From Patescibacteria group bacterium (GTDB lineage Bacteria > Patescibacteriota > UBA1384 > XYA2-FULL-43-10 > 1-14-0-10-43-13), in assembly GCA_041674765.1 (NCBI GenBank), contig JBAYVE010000005.1, positions 1,645-65,644 of the forward strand: 64,000 nt of DNA. Direction: 5' to 3'. Below, in pieces: positions 1 to 9,372 of the stretch. The notes beneath the pieces are model-generated. The model worked only from the letters and a program-made list of their open reading frames with translations, made no database searches and was not told the origin of the DNA. The translations under genes and the position numbers were made by a program. How positions within the stretch are numbered: the stretch's first letter is position 1; every line of letters begins with the position of its first letter.

Positions 1-105
1 CTTGGAGATAGGATAGACAGTCGACTCACCCAATTCCAAAGCAGAGAGATAAACCTTGATCTCTTTGTTATTCAGTCCAATTTGTTCAAATATTTTGTAA
101 TTCAT
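1..105 (-). CDS. TrmB-family transcriptional regulator, N-terminal part (runs off window)
   Basis: Manual translation MNYKIFEQIGLNNKEIKVYLSALELGESTVYPISK; resembles the TrmB wHTH starts at 29074 and 38306. Confidence 0.8.
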   Translation of the reverse strand, partial: MNYKIFEQIGLNNKEIKVYLSALELGESTVYPISK

Positions 106-110
106 TATTT

Positions 111-160
111 TACTTCTCTTCCGCTCCTTTTCAAGGAGGGGTTAGGGGTGGTTTATTAAT
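111..160. repeat. CCCC..GGGGAG hairpin repeat
   Basis: Reverse complement nearly identical to 57034-57075 (attaataaaccacccctaRcccctccttgaaaaggagSgg). Confidence 0.8.
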
Positions 161-190
161 CCAATTCCTTATTTTGTAACTCAACTTCCT

Positions 191-250
191 GGATTCCAGA
201 CCCATTCGGCTTCGCTCAGGGCAGGTTCTCAAAATACAGCCTGGAATGAC
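191..250. repeat. GGATTCC..GGAATGAC hairpin repeat with nested TTCG..CTCAGGGC unit
   Basis: ggattccag (191-199) pairs with ctggaatgac (241-250); same ends as 2715-2762. Confidence 0.75.
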
Positions 251-370
251 AAACTATTTTTAGTCATTATTTTACGACAGTAATATCATTATATGTACTA
301 GCATTAATTTTGTCAACGGTAAACAATCGCAAATAGAAATTAAAATAAATAATAAAATCGTCACTAACTA

Positions 371-420
371 TTGACAAAATGCTTAAACTATGATACAATG
401 GCTTGTCACGATGAGAGAGT
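371..420 (+). promoter_or_regulatory. sigma70-type promoter with conserved leader TGTCACGATGAGA
   Basis: TTGACA(371)-17 nt-TACAAT(394); leader shared with 38472-38520. Confidence 0.7.
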
Positions 421-483
421 TAAAGCTCGATCAAAGTGAAGTTGAGGCGCAGCCGGTCACCGGCGGCCTGGAGAGGAAACAAG

Positions 484-717
484 ATGAAATACCTTAAGCT
501 CAGAATATGGTGTTTACTAATAATTAGATTTTGTTCGTGGACAACCTTAGTGGTCGCAATGGTTATGTTCATTGGATTTCCGATTATGTTTCTGCCAGGC
601 TATTACAAGTGGCTAATGGTAATAACCGTTGTAGTATCGCCGTACGTGTACTTTCATCTCTTCGTTTTCGTGGATGACTGTCTGTTGCCGAAAATTGAAA
701 AATTATTGCTCGGCTAG
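484..717 (+). CDS. small membrane hypothetical protein
   Basis: GAGG RBS, two hydrophobic segments, lies between promoter and terminator. Confidence 0.6.
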   Translation: MKYLKLRIWCLLIIRFCSWTTLVVAMVMFIGFPIMFLPGYYKWLMVITVVVSPYVYFHLFVFVDDCLLPKIEKLLLG

Positions 718-748
718 AAGGGGGAAGATATGAGGTTAATACGAGCTG

Positions 749-782
749 GTCCCTTGCCATGAATTTGGTGGGGGACTTTTTT
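749..782 (+). terminator. intrinsic terminator
   Basis: gtccc..gggac stem followed by T-run. Confidence 0.65.
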
Positions 783-903
783 GTGTCTCAATTAGTTTAC
801 ATTGGAGTTTACATTAAAAATGAAGTTGTTTACATAAAATTCCATTGTTTTAAATACTGTCATACTATTGACATAATTTATTACAATTTGATAAATTAGA
901 ATA

Positions 904-1677
904 ATGATTATTACAAAAGAAAAAATTGGCAAGCGGATTCGGTCTATTCGGGAGCAGGTTGGGAGATCTCAGCAGGACGTGTCTGATATTTTGGAAATCC
1001 CGCGCGTCTCAGTTTCGCAGCTTGAGGCAGGGAAACGGGAACTGACCAGTATTGAGCTGGCCAAGTTGGCTGAGTATTTTGGTGTCCAGACGGATTATAT
1101 TCTATCTGGCCAAGATGTCGAGCAGGAAGTCGAGAAACCCAAGGAAGTAGAAGAAACTGAACGGATTGCTGTTCCGAAATTGAAAAAAGAAAAATTCCGG
1201 GAAGTATTACTCTATATCTTGGAAAAAACTGCAGGCAAACTTAATGTTGGGCAAACCGTTCTTTATAAACTTCTTTACTTTTCTGACTTTAATTACTACG
1301 AAAAATTTGAGGAGCAGCTTACCGGAGCCAAGTATATGAAGAATCACTTCGGGCCGACACCGGTAGCATTTAAGGGAGTGCTTGGTGAGATGATCGAGAG
1401 TGGTGAAGTGGCGGTTGATTGTAACAAATTTCACGGCAAAGATCAGACCAGATATATTGCGCTTCGGCGGTCAAATCTGCGAGCGATCAATGGCGCAGAG
1501 AAAGAGGTGATTGACGACGTTTTGCAGAAGTTATCAGATATGAACGCCAGTCAAATCAGCGCGTATTCTCACGATGACACGCCGTGGCAGATTGCCAGAG
1601 ACGGAGAACCGATTGATTATGAAGCTGTTTTTTACCGTTCGCCGCAGTACTCTGTTAAAGATTACGAAGAGCTCTAA
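904..1677 (+). CDS. XRE HTH plus DUF4065 (Panacea/SocA-like) antitoxin
   Basis: N-terminal HTH (SQQDVSDIL..VSQLEAGKR); KLLYFSDF, GPTP and SH..PW motifs. Confidence 0.8.
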   Translation: MIITKEKIGKRIRSIREQVGRSQQDVSDILEIPRVSVSQLEAGKRELTSIELAKLAEYFGVQTDYILSGQDVEQEVEKPKEVEETERIAVPKLKKEKFREVLLYILEKTAGKLNVGQTVLYKLLYFSDFNYYEKFEEQLTGAKYMKNHFGPTPVAFKGVLGEMIESGEVAVDCNKFHGKDQTRYIALRRSNLRAINGAEKEVIDDVLQKLSDMNASQISAYSHDDTPWQIARDGEPIDYEAVFYRSPQYSVKDYEEL

Positions 1678-1694
1678 TCTTTATCGGAGGGAAT

Positions 1695-2024
1695 ATGAAA
1701 TTCACTGAACTCGAAGAGTTTTCGAAGGATTACAAGAAACTTTGCCGTAAATATCCGTCATTACCAACTGATTTGAATTTGAGACAAGAAGTTCTTGCAA
1801 TGTTTCCAACTGGCCGCGGAAATGATGCTGTGCAAATTCCCGGCCTAAAAATTAAAAGTAAGATATTTAAGACAAGGCTTATGTGTCGTTCGGTCAAGGG
1901 AAAATCTTTTCGGCTAATTTATCACTATGACGACGTCAGACAAGAAATAATTCTAATCGAGCTTTATTTTAAAGGTGATAAAGAATTGGAAGATAGAGAT
2001 AGATTATTTAACAATTTCTCCTAA
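1695..2024 (+). CDS. RelE/HigB-like toxin
   Basis: 109 aa, FSKDYKKL..KY start, FRLIY and LYFKGDKE motifs; directly after antitoxin. Confidence 0.65.
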   Translation: MKFTELEEFSKDYKKLCRKYPSLPTDLNLRQEVLAMFPTGRGNDAVQIPGLKIKSKIFKTRLMCRSVKGKSFRLIYHYDDVRQEIILIELYFKGDKELEDRDRLFNNFS

Positions 2025-2389
2025 TGTTTGATAAAAAGAAAAACAAGCTGACGGGTAACAAGGGAGAGGAAATTGCGGCCAAATACCTCGAGCAGAAGGG
2101 CTATAAAATCATTGATAGAAATGTGAATTTTGAATTCGGGGAGATTGATATCCTGGCTCAGTTAAGTAAGACAATCGTGATTGTAGAAGTGAAAACTGTG
2201 CGGGGCAGCGGTTTCGGCCTGGCCCAGGATTTGGTTCGATTTGCCAAGCAGAACAAACTCCGGCTGTTGGCTCGAGCGGTTGAGCAGCAATATCCGAAGA
2301 GCCCCATTCGAATCGATGTTATTGGCGTTGATATGTCGTTGGGTCAGCCGGAGATTGAGCATATAGAATCAGCAGTTGAGGGACGATAA
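2024..2389 (+). CDS. yraN: YraN-family endonuclease (UPF0102)
   Basis: G..GE..AA.YL...GY, GEIDI, VEVK, RIDVI motifs. Confidence 0.9.
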   Translation: MFDKKKNKLTGNKGEEIAAKYLEQKGYKIIDRNVNFEFGEIDILAQLSKTIVIVEVKTVRGSGFGLAQDLVRFAKQNKLRLLARAVEQQYPKSPIRIDVIGVDMSLGQPEIEHIESAVEGR

Positions 2390-2762
2390 CTTCTAATTAT
2401 TAATTTCTAATTTCTAATCAAATCCCAATGTCTAAATGTTTAAAAATTAGATTCTTTAAAAATGAATAAAAAATAGTGTCATCCTCGGCGCAGGCGAAGC
2501 CATGACCCGGGGATCCAGTTCCTTATTTTTTGTCATCTCGAGTGGTGTTATTGGAGTCGAGAGATCTTATAGCTGACTGAACATCATTGTGTCGCAAAGG
2601 ATTTCACCCCCACTTCGCTTGCCAGCTACCACCCTTCGCTAAAGCTACGGAATGGCACGGCGAGGGGCACGGCGGCCGCAAGAACACGGAGTCGAAATGA
2701 CAATTAAATGAATTGGATTCCAGTCCGCCAGCTGGCGGATCGAGCTTACAGTCTGGAATGAC
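2390..2762. repeat. composite nested cluster of heptamer arrays and GTCAT..ATGAC hairpin repeats
   Basis: AATTTCT array 2390-2475 (similar to 59120-59215); hairpin units 2478-2516, 2532-2566, 2599-2701, 2715-2762. Confidence 0.85.
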
Positions 2763-2813
2763 ATAACACACCTTACCGTTTATTTTTTTAATTGATTTTG
2801 CTATGGTAAGAGC

Positions 2814-4223
2814 ATGAACAAGAACATCATCACACGTTTTGCGCCGAGTCCTACCGGCGAGTTGCATATCGGCAACGCCAGAAGTGCACTTTTCGAATAT
2901 CTTTTCGCCAAGCATGACAAAGGGACCTTTTTGTTGCGTGTCGAGGACACTGATCGAGAGAGATTTGTTGAGGGCGCAACTGATCGTATTATCGAATCTT
3001 TGAAATGGCTTGGCTTTGCGCCTGATAATCTGGCCAAATTTCCGATTCAGTCTGAGAGACTAGATTTATATAAGAAACACGCCTTTGAATTGGTGAAGAA
3101 GGGCCATGCATACCTCTGTACCTGCTCGAAAGAGAAGCTGGATGAGGAGAGATCGAAGCTCGAAAAAGCGGGTAAAGCGCCGAGATATACAGGGACATGC
3201 AGAGATGCAGGAATCAAGATCGAGGACGTTGAAGAGGGAAAATACGTCATCCGTATGAAGATGCCAAAGAGCGGTAAAATTGTCGTCAACGACCTAATTC
3301 GAGGTCAAGTTGAGTTTGATTTATCTCTCGTTGACGATCAGGTCTTATTGAAATCAGATGGCTACCCAACTTATCATTTGGCCGCAATAGTTGATGATCA
3401 CGATATGGACATTACTCATGTGATTCGTGGTGAGGAATGGCTTTCATCGACCCCCAAGCATCTGACTCTGTACAAAATGTTTGGTTGGGAAGCTCCAGAA
3501 TTTGCCCACTTGCCGATGATTTTGGCACCAGACCGCACAAAATTATCGAAGCGACATGGTGCAACCAGCGTCGTAGAGTACAAAAACTTGGGCTATCTTC
3601 CTGAATCGCTCATAAATTTTATGGCATTTCTCGGTTGGAATCCCAAGGACGACAGGGAATATTTTACCTTGAAAGAGCTTGAAGACGAGTTTAAAATCGA
3701 GAATGTTAATAAGGCGCCGGCAATTTTCAATATTGATAAGCTAAATAATATTAATGAGCACTACATTGTCGAGCTAGCAAAAAGCGAAAAGCAAAAAGCG
3801 AAAAGCCTGTTAGAGGAATTTGGCGTTGGAAATGCAACAGACGGGGAAGTTCAATTGATCGGACGAGGTGGCTATAAGACTTTGAAGGAAGCGGCTGATT
3901 ACATTTTGGAACTGCGAAAAGAGCCGGAATATAAGGCTGAAATATTAATTTTTAAACGATCAGATAAGAAAAATACTATGCTGGCGCTTGAAACTGTCAG
4001 TGAAAAGTTGAAGGCTGAAAGCGAATGGACCTCTGATAATGTTCAGAAAGCTCTCGAATATACCGTGATTGAAAATGGCCTCTCAAATGGGGATGTTTTC
4101 TGGCCTATCCGTGTCGCTCTTTCCGGAGAGGAAAAGTCTCCTTCGCCGGTAGAATTGGCGGCAGCACTCGGCAAAGAAGAAAGCCTCAAGCGAATTCAAA
4201 AAGCTATTAGAAAATTAAGCTAA
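2814..4223 (+). CDS. gltX: glutamate--tRNA ligase
   Basis: RFAPSPTG.LHIG, RGEEW, KLSKR motifs. Confidence 0.97.
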   Translation: MNKNIITRFAPSPTGELHIGNARSALFEYLFAKHDKGTFLLRVEDTDRERFVEGATDRIIESLKWLGFAPDNLAKFPIQSERLDLYKKHAFELVKKGHAYLCTCSKEKLDEERSKLEKAGKAPRYTGTCRDAGIKIEDVEEGKYVIRMKMPKSGKIVVNDLIRGQVEFDLSLVDDQVLLKSDGYPTYHLAAIVDDHDMDITHVIRGEEWLSSTPKHLTLYKMFGWEAPEFAHLPMILAPDRTKLSKRHGATSVVEYKNLGYLPESLINFMAFLGWNPKDDREYFTLKELEDEFKIENVNKAPAIFNIDKLNNINEHYIVELAKSEKQKAKSLLEEFGVGNATDGEVQLIGRGGYKTLKEAADYILELRKEPEYKAEILIFKRSDKKNTMLALETVSEKLKAESEWTSDNVQKALEYTVIENGLSNGDVFWPIRVALSGEEKSPSPVELAAALGKEESLKRIQKAIRKLS

Positions 4224-4316
4224 GGCCAAAGACTAAAATCAACTAAAAAACTAAAGGCGAATTTTGTTATTTCGTTTCTTTTCGCATTTAGCATTAATTT
4301 TTGTTAAAATAAAACC

Positions 4317-5447
4317 ATGCCAAAGATAAAGATCGTTCACATCATTGCTGACTCAAAAATTGGCGGGGGACCGAATCATGTCTTAGGGCTTTTGGCGAAT
4401 CTTGATAAGGCCAAATTCGACTGTTATCTTATCTGCCCTTCGGGGTATCTTTCTAAAGAAGCGAAGAAAATAGTTGGTTTGACTATTTTAAATATTTCAA
4501 TGTCCTCGAAGTTTGATTTTCTCTCTATCTTGGCATTGAAGAGAATAATTTCCAAAATAAAGATAGAGGGAAATCCCTTTGGTCCGTTGGTTATCCATTC
4601 TCATGGTCCTAGGGCTGGTTTGTTTGCGAGTATGATAGCTTCAAAAAATAATATTCATAAGATCTATACTGAACATCGTTATGGAGAGGGATTTAGATTA
4701 ACAAACTTTCTCAATGATTTTGTGCAACGTCAGATGATTAGAAAAATTTGCCGCAAACAAGATCTGGTTATTGCCGTCTCTACTGATGTCAGGAATTTCA
4801 TTATCAAAAACAAGTGGGCCTCTACTGCCAAGATCTCTGTAATATCAAACGCCATTGCCGCTAGTTGCCAAAAGAAAAAAATAAATACGTCTACCCGCGC
4901 ACCTATTATCGGCAATATTGGTAGCCTAAACAAACAAAAAGGGCAAATTCATCTGATCCGTGCTTTTGCCGGCGTCAATACAAAATACCCTCTGGCCACC
5001 TTAGAGATAATAGGAGACGGACCGGAATTGGAAGTATTGAAGGAGGAAGTTCGGAGGCTGAGTCTGAAAAAACATGTCACTTTTCTTGGAGAGAAGAAGG
5101 ATATTACAAGATATATGAGACACTGGAGCGTATTTGCTTTGCCTTCGATTGCAGAGACCTTCGGCATTGTTCTCTTAGAGGCAATGAATGCCGGTGTCCC
5201 AATAGTTGCGAGCAAGATCGGTGGTGTGGTAGATATAATAGAGGATGGAAAAGAGGGATTGCTGGCTGAACCGGCTAGCGAGAAGGACTTGGCCTTAAAG
5301 TTATTAGAAATTCTTGATCATCCAGCGCTGGCAGCTAAGTTAAAGCGGAATGCGTATGAAAGGGTCAAGGAATTTGATTGGACAAAAGTTATAAAAAAGA
5401 TTGAAGCAGCTTATTTGGGAGTAGCTCGAGAAAATGAAGAGGATTAG
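4317..5447 (+). CDS. glycosyltransferase family 4
   Basis: GG in N-terminal loop, KG..LI, ETFGIVLLEAM (EX7E) motif. Confidence 0.92.
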   Translation: MPKIKIVHIIADSKIGGGPNHVLGLLANLDKAKFDCYLICPSGYLSKEAKKIVGLTILNISMSSKFDFLSILALKRIISKIKIEGNPFGPLVIHSHGPRAGLFASMIASKNNIHKIYTEHRYGEGFRLTNFLNDFVQRQMIRKICRKQDLVIAVSTDVRNFIIKNKWASTAKISVISNAIAASCQKKKINTSTRAPIIGNIGSLNKQKGQIHLIRAFAGVNTKYPLATLEIIGDGPELEVLKEEVRRLSLKKHVTFLGEKKDITRYMRHWSVFALPSIAETFGIVLLEAMNAGVPIVASKIGGVVDIIEDGKEGLLAEPASEKDLALKLLEILDHPALAAKLKRNAYERVKEFDWTKVIKKIEAAYLGVARENEED

Positions 5448-5745
5448 AGTACTCGTTGACTCTTCTGGTGCCGAGGTTTACCGGGTCGAAGGTCAAAACA
5501 ACATAAAAATTCTAGAAAAAGAGATAGATTTTGCCGGCAATTATACAAAAAGCCGCGGGCTTAATTTTAACGATGAAGAGGCACTTGTGCGTTTTTTAGA
5601 GCGATTGGTGGCAAATTATTTTGATTATTCGGTCGAAGCCTATGCTGGCGGAATTTTTTCAGAATTAGGCGATCACGAGATAGGTGACCTTTTGAAAGAG
5701 GTCAAGAAAAGAGCTAGGATAGAGCTTGTTGTCGTCAAGAATTGA
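5434..5745 (+). CDS. hypothetical protein, weakly like the N-terminal lobe of Ppx/GppA
   Basis: 103 aa ORF overlapping the GT4 stop; family resemblance by eye only. Confidence 0.45.
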   Translation: MKRIRVLVDSSGAEVYRVEGQNNIKILEKEIDFAGNYTKSRGLNFNDEEALVRFLERLVANYFDYSVEAYAGGIFSELGDHEIGDLLKEVKKRARIELVVVKN

Positions 5746-5790
5746 GATATGTACTTGAGAATTTACTTCAAAAATGCTAACATCTTTTAG

Positions 5791-5812
5791 TTATTCCGAG
5801 ATCGTCTAGTGG
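5791..5812 (+). repeat. 22-bp duplicate of the tRNA-Gln 5' end
   Basis: ttattccgagatcgtctagtgg identical to 6104-6125. Confidence 0.95.
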
Positions 5813-5864
5813 TCCGACTTGCCTTCGGCAGTCGAGATCTCGCCCTTTGGGCGGACATGACACC

Positions 5865-6122
5865 ATGTATTATATTTATGTTTTATACAGTATTCATTAT
5901 CCTAAGAGATATGTTGGATGTACGGGAGATATCCAGAGAAGACTTACCGAACATAATTCTGGCAAAATGTCGTTTACAAAAAGATACATGCCTTGGAAGT
6001 TGATTCACAGCGAAGGATTTGAAACTTTAGCGGAAGCGAGATGCAGGGAGAAATATTTGAAAACTGGTGCCGGCCGACGCTTCCTAAAAACAATTTCTAA
6101 TAATTATTCCGAGATCGTCTAG
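5865..6122 (+). CDS. small GIY-YIG nuclease
   Basis: YIYVLYS..RYVGCT..RRLTEHN..REKYLKTGAGR; stop codon lies inside tRNA-Gln. Confidence 0.92.
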   Translation: MYYIYVLYSIHYPKRYVGCTGDIQRRLTEHNSGKMSFTKRYMPWKLIHSEGFETLAEARCREKYLKTGAGRRFLKTISNNYSEIV

Positions 6123-6181
6123 TGGCAGGACAGCAGATTCTGGATCTGCTTACCTAGGTTCGAATCCTAGTCTCGGAACCA
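6108..6181 (+). tRNA. tRNA-Gln (CTG)
   Basis: tccgaga/tctcgga acceptor stem, gcaga-ttCTGga-tctgc anticodon arm, GTTCGAATC T-loop, encoded CCA. Confidence 0.95.
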
Positions 6182-6297
6182 CGAGAAACAGATCAGTGCA
6201 AGCTGGTCTTTTTCTTTAGGCAAAATTGATTCTCTGCTATTATGAGTTCTGACTTTTGCGTTTTTAGTTTTAAGTTTGGCGACCGAAGGGAGCCACT

Positions 6298-7722
6298 GTG
6301 TGTTTAACTATCCCAGGGAAAATTTTATCGATAAAGGACGGCATTGCGACTGTCAAATCATCAACTGAGACGGCTCAGATCGACCTCTCTTTTGTTTTGG
6401 ACGCCAAGCCGGGGGATTGGATACTCTTTGCCACAAACAGGGCTGTGAAGGTTATTTCTGAGTCTGATGCCAAGGAGATTATATCGCTGCTTGAGGATCA
6501 TTATTCTAAAGTAGATGTCTCAAAGCTACCCCTTAAATTTAAGAAAATAATCTTCAAGGTCAGAAGCCAACACTCCAATAATTCCTCGAATAAAATGAGA
6601 AGTTCTCGACAAGCTCGAACAATAATAGATGACTCGGTCTTGACGAAGGATGAGATTATTTATCTTTTGAATTTAAAAGGGAAAGAAAACCTGGAAACTC
6701 TTTTTGCGGAGGCCAACTCTATACGGAAAGAGAGGATAGAGGACTTTGTTTGCATCCACGGAATTATCGAGTTTTCAAATTTTTGCAAAAATGATTGTTT
6801 ATATTGTGGGCTTCGGAAAAGCAAAAAAACGAGTAGATATAGAATGACCTGTCGGGAAATAGAAAATGTTGCAAAAAAATCTGTTGAAGATGACAGCTAT
6901 AAATTATTGGTCTTACAAAGCGGCGAGGACGATCATTATTTGGATGATGATTTGATAAAAATTATCTTAAATATTCGAGCGAAGATGAAAGTCTTTATTT
7001 TCCTATCTGTCGGGGAAAGGAGCAAGTCTTTTTACGACAGGGCGAAAAAGGCTGGGGCGAGCGGGGCATTAATTCGTTTTGAGAGTTCAGATAACGATTT
7101 TTATGCCAAGATAAGGCCGGGCCATAAGTTGCAGGATAGATTGGATATTATTAATCATTTAAGGGACACCGGCTATTATGTCGCGACGGGTAGTCTCTTC
7201 GGCTTGCCTGGCCAAACCTTGGAGCAAATCGCTGACGATTTGCTGACGATTAAGAAGCTGGGCATCCCGATGATCTCGTCAGGACCATGGCTTGCTGCAA
7301 GTGGAACGCCACTTGCAGGCAAGAATTTCCAATTTCCAATTTCCAACTTCCAATCAAATCCCAAATATCAAATATCAAAAAAAATTTCAAACTTCACATG
7401 GCAAAATACAATATACAATATTCAAAATACTACTGAGAGGCTTGAGCTTGCCTTGAAATACATTGCCGTTGCCAGGTTTATGATGCCGGAGATTAAGATT
7501 CCGGTGACGACAGCGTTGGAAACATTGGATCCAGACGGACGGCACAAGGCACTGCTAGCTGGGGCGAATGCGCTAATGTTCAATTTGACTCCTGAAAAAT
7601 ATTGCGAGAAATATTCGATCTACGACAACAAGTATCGTGAACGTGAGAAAGTTTGGCAAAAGTATGGCCTTTTCAGCGGTGAAGAAAGCTGGGAGATGCT
7701 GGAGGAAAGATTGATGTTGTAA
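6298..7722 (+). CDS. HypC/HupF-like domain fused to HydE/BioB-like radical SAM enzyme
   Basis: MCLTIPGKI..PGDWIL N-terminus; IEFSNFCKNDCLYCG (CX3CX2C), LQSGED, TTALETL, GAN motifs. Confidence 0.85.
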   Translation: MCLTIPGKILSIKDGIATVKSSTETAQIDLSFVLDAKPGDWILFATNRAVKVISESDAKEIISLLEDHYSKVDVSKLPLKFKKIIFKVRSQHSNNSSNKMRSSRQARTIIDDSVLTKDEIIYLLNLKGKENLETLFAEANSIRKERIEDFVCIHGIIEFSNFCKNDCLYCGLRKSKKTSRYRMTCREIENVAKKSVEDDSYKLLVLQSGEDDHYLDDDLIKIILNIRAKMKVFIFLSVGERSKSFYDRAKKAGASGALIRFESSDNDFYAKIRPGHKLQDRLDIINHLRDTGYYVATGSLFGLPGQTLEQIADDLLTIKKLGIPMISSGPWLAASGTPLAGKNFQFPISNFQSNPKYQISKKISNFTWQNTIYNIQNTTERLELALKYIAVARFMMPEIKIPVTTALETLDPDGRHKALLAGANALMFNLTPEKYCEKYSIYDNKYREREKVWQKYGLFSGEESWEMLEERLML

Positions 7723-7761
7723 GCTCCACAAAAAAATAATCAACTAAAGTTGATTATTTTT

Positions 7762-7836
7762 TGGTAGCGTCATGGGGAATCGAACCCCAATTACCGCCGT
7801 GAGAGGGCGGCGTACTAACCGTTATACGATGACGCC
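7762..7836 (-). tRNA. tRNA-Glu (CTC)
   Basis: GGCGTCA acceptor, CCGCC-CTCTCAC-GGCGG anticodon arm, GGTTCGATTCC, CCA end. Confidence 0.95.
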
Positions 7837-7939
7837 AAATCAAGAAGATTTTAGCATAAAATTCTGCTTTGGGCAACCTTATTTAGGCGATAATATTTAT
7901 CATTTTGCAAAATCGGCGCTTAAGTTCTATAATTTAATT

Positions 7940-8932
7940 ATGAAAAAAGAGAGGGGATCAGCAATAATCATTGCAGTTCTTTTAATTACGGCCATCGGGA
8001 CGATTGCTTTTTCGTTTGGCCGGGTTTTTCTATTACAGGCGGCCAAGGCCGCTTTATATGAAAATGGCATTAGCGCCTATTATGCTGCAGAGTCAGGGCT
8101 TGAAGAGGCTTTCCTGAGATATCGTTTTGACAGGGAGAGTCAGGTGCCATTTGGCGGTGATATTGCCGCCAATGTTTTTAGATCGAATATGACTCTTACA
8201 AACGAGGAGGTTATCACTTCCGGTATAAATGGTGGAATCTATGAAGGAATTGCCAAAAGTAAAAACCTTCCGACGAATTGGGATATCAATAATCAAATTT
8301 ATGACCTGAAAATGGATAGCAAGAGTACCCAATTTGGCTCGCTGGATGCTACGGCTCCACATACGATTGGCAGGGATAATTCGGAGAAGATTGACACATC
8401 GCTCGTTTTTGCCGAAGTAGGCGGGGATCTCGATTTGACTTTCCGTCCGACGAACGTTTTGAATAATACCGTAAACGGTGTTAACAATTTTCAAGGGGAT
8501 TCAAGGTGCGCGTTGGTAGAGATCAAGATAATCGGTAAGACAAATGCTTCCAGCAGCCCTGTAGAGTTTAAGGGATTGTTTATGAATGCGGCCTCAAATT
8601 CTACGGTTTGCCCTGTTGCTTTCGGATTGAGAACAGCCTTTACCACCTTTCCAAATTCTGCCGATGGAACTTATTCTATAACAGGGCTTAGAAGCAGGCT
8701 TGGTTATACCGGTGTTCTAGAGCAATCGAGCCTTTTCATTAAACCTCTCGGCGCTGACATTCAAATAGTTTTAACAGGAGCAGATAACAACAATCTTTTT
8801 GGTGCATCAACACTGGTTACCTCTACCGGTTACTACGGAGGAGTCGCCCGTACTTTGGAGGCAAATATTGACCGGCAATCCGGGACATTGTATGATTTAT
8901 TTGATTATGTAATTTATAAGGCAAAGCCTTAG
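7940..8932 (+). CDS. PilX-like minor pilin/pilus assembly protein
   Basis: KKERGSAIIIA leader, hydrophobic helix, AYYAAESGLEEA, STGYYG near C-terminus; start moved downstream of tRNA-Glu. Confidence 0.75.
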   Translation: MKKERGSAIIIAVLLITAIGTIAFSFGRVFLLQAAKAALYENGISAYYAAESGLEEAFLRYRFDRESQVPFGGDIAANVFRSNMTLTNEEVITSGINGGIYEGIAKSKNLPTNWDINNQIYDLKMDSKSTQFGSLDATAPHTIGRDNSEKIDTSLVFAEVGGDLDLTFRPTNVLNNTVNGVNNFQGDSRCALVEIKIIGKTNASSSPVEFKGLFMNAASNSTVCPVAFGLRTAFTTFPNSADGTYSITGLRSRLGYTGVLEQSSLFIKPLGADIQIVLTGADNNNLFGASTLVTSTGYYGGVARTLEANIDRQSGTLYDLFDYVIYKAKP

Positions 8933-8940
8933 GAGGGAAG

Positions 8941-9324
8941 ATGTCAGCAGCAAAAATTTTATTGGTAGATGACGATTTAACACTTCATGAGATGTATGCA
9001 GAGAGACTCAGAGCCGAGGGATACGTAATTGTCTCTGCCTATGATGGCGAGGAGGCACTCGATAAGGCTAACTCCGAGATGCCAGATCTGATACTTCTCG
9101 ATATTATGATGCCAAAGCTAAATGGTATCGACGTGATGAAGAAACTACGTGAGGATGAAAAAACTTCAGGTATCCCTATAATTCTTCTTACAGCGTTGAT
9201 ACAGGAAGTCAATAAAGTCAAAGCGATGATGCAGGAATATGATGGCTATCTGATCAAAAGCGAGATTATGCCGGCAGATGTAATAAAGGCAATCGAGTCG
9301 TCACTGTCAAAAGTAAAAAAATAG
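8941..9324 (+). CDS. single-domain response regulator (receiver)
   Basis: ILLVDDD, PDLILLDIMMP, ILLT, YLIK. Confidence 0.93.
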   Translation: MSAAKILLVDDDLTLHEMYAERLRAEGYVIVSAYDGEEALDKANSEMPDLILLDIMMPKLNGIDVMKKLREDEKTSGIPIILLTALIQEVNKVKAMMQEYDGYLIKSEIMPADVIKAIESSLSKVKK

Positions 9325-9372
9325 CAGTCAAAAAAAGAAAGCGAACCTTTAAACGCTTTCTTTTTTATGGAA

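Noticed and set aside
2604-2915. Short ORFs over repeat clusters (also 28871-29194, 39190-39504, 63085-63360)
   Set aside because: Chance translations of palindromic repeats or alternative frames of real genes
7772-7939. N-terminal extension of the 386-aa ORF
   Set aside because: It is the antisense of tRNA-Glu; the pilin-like leader starts at 7940
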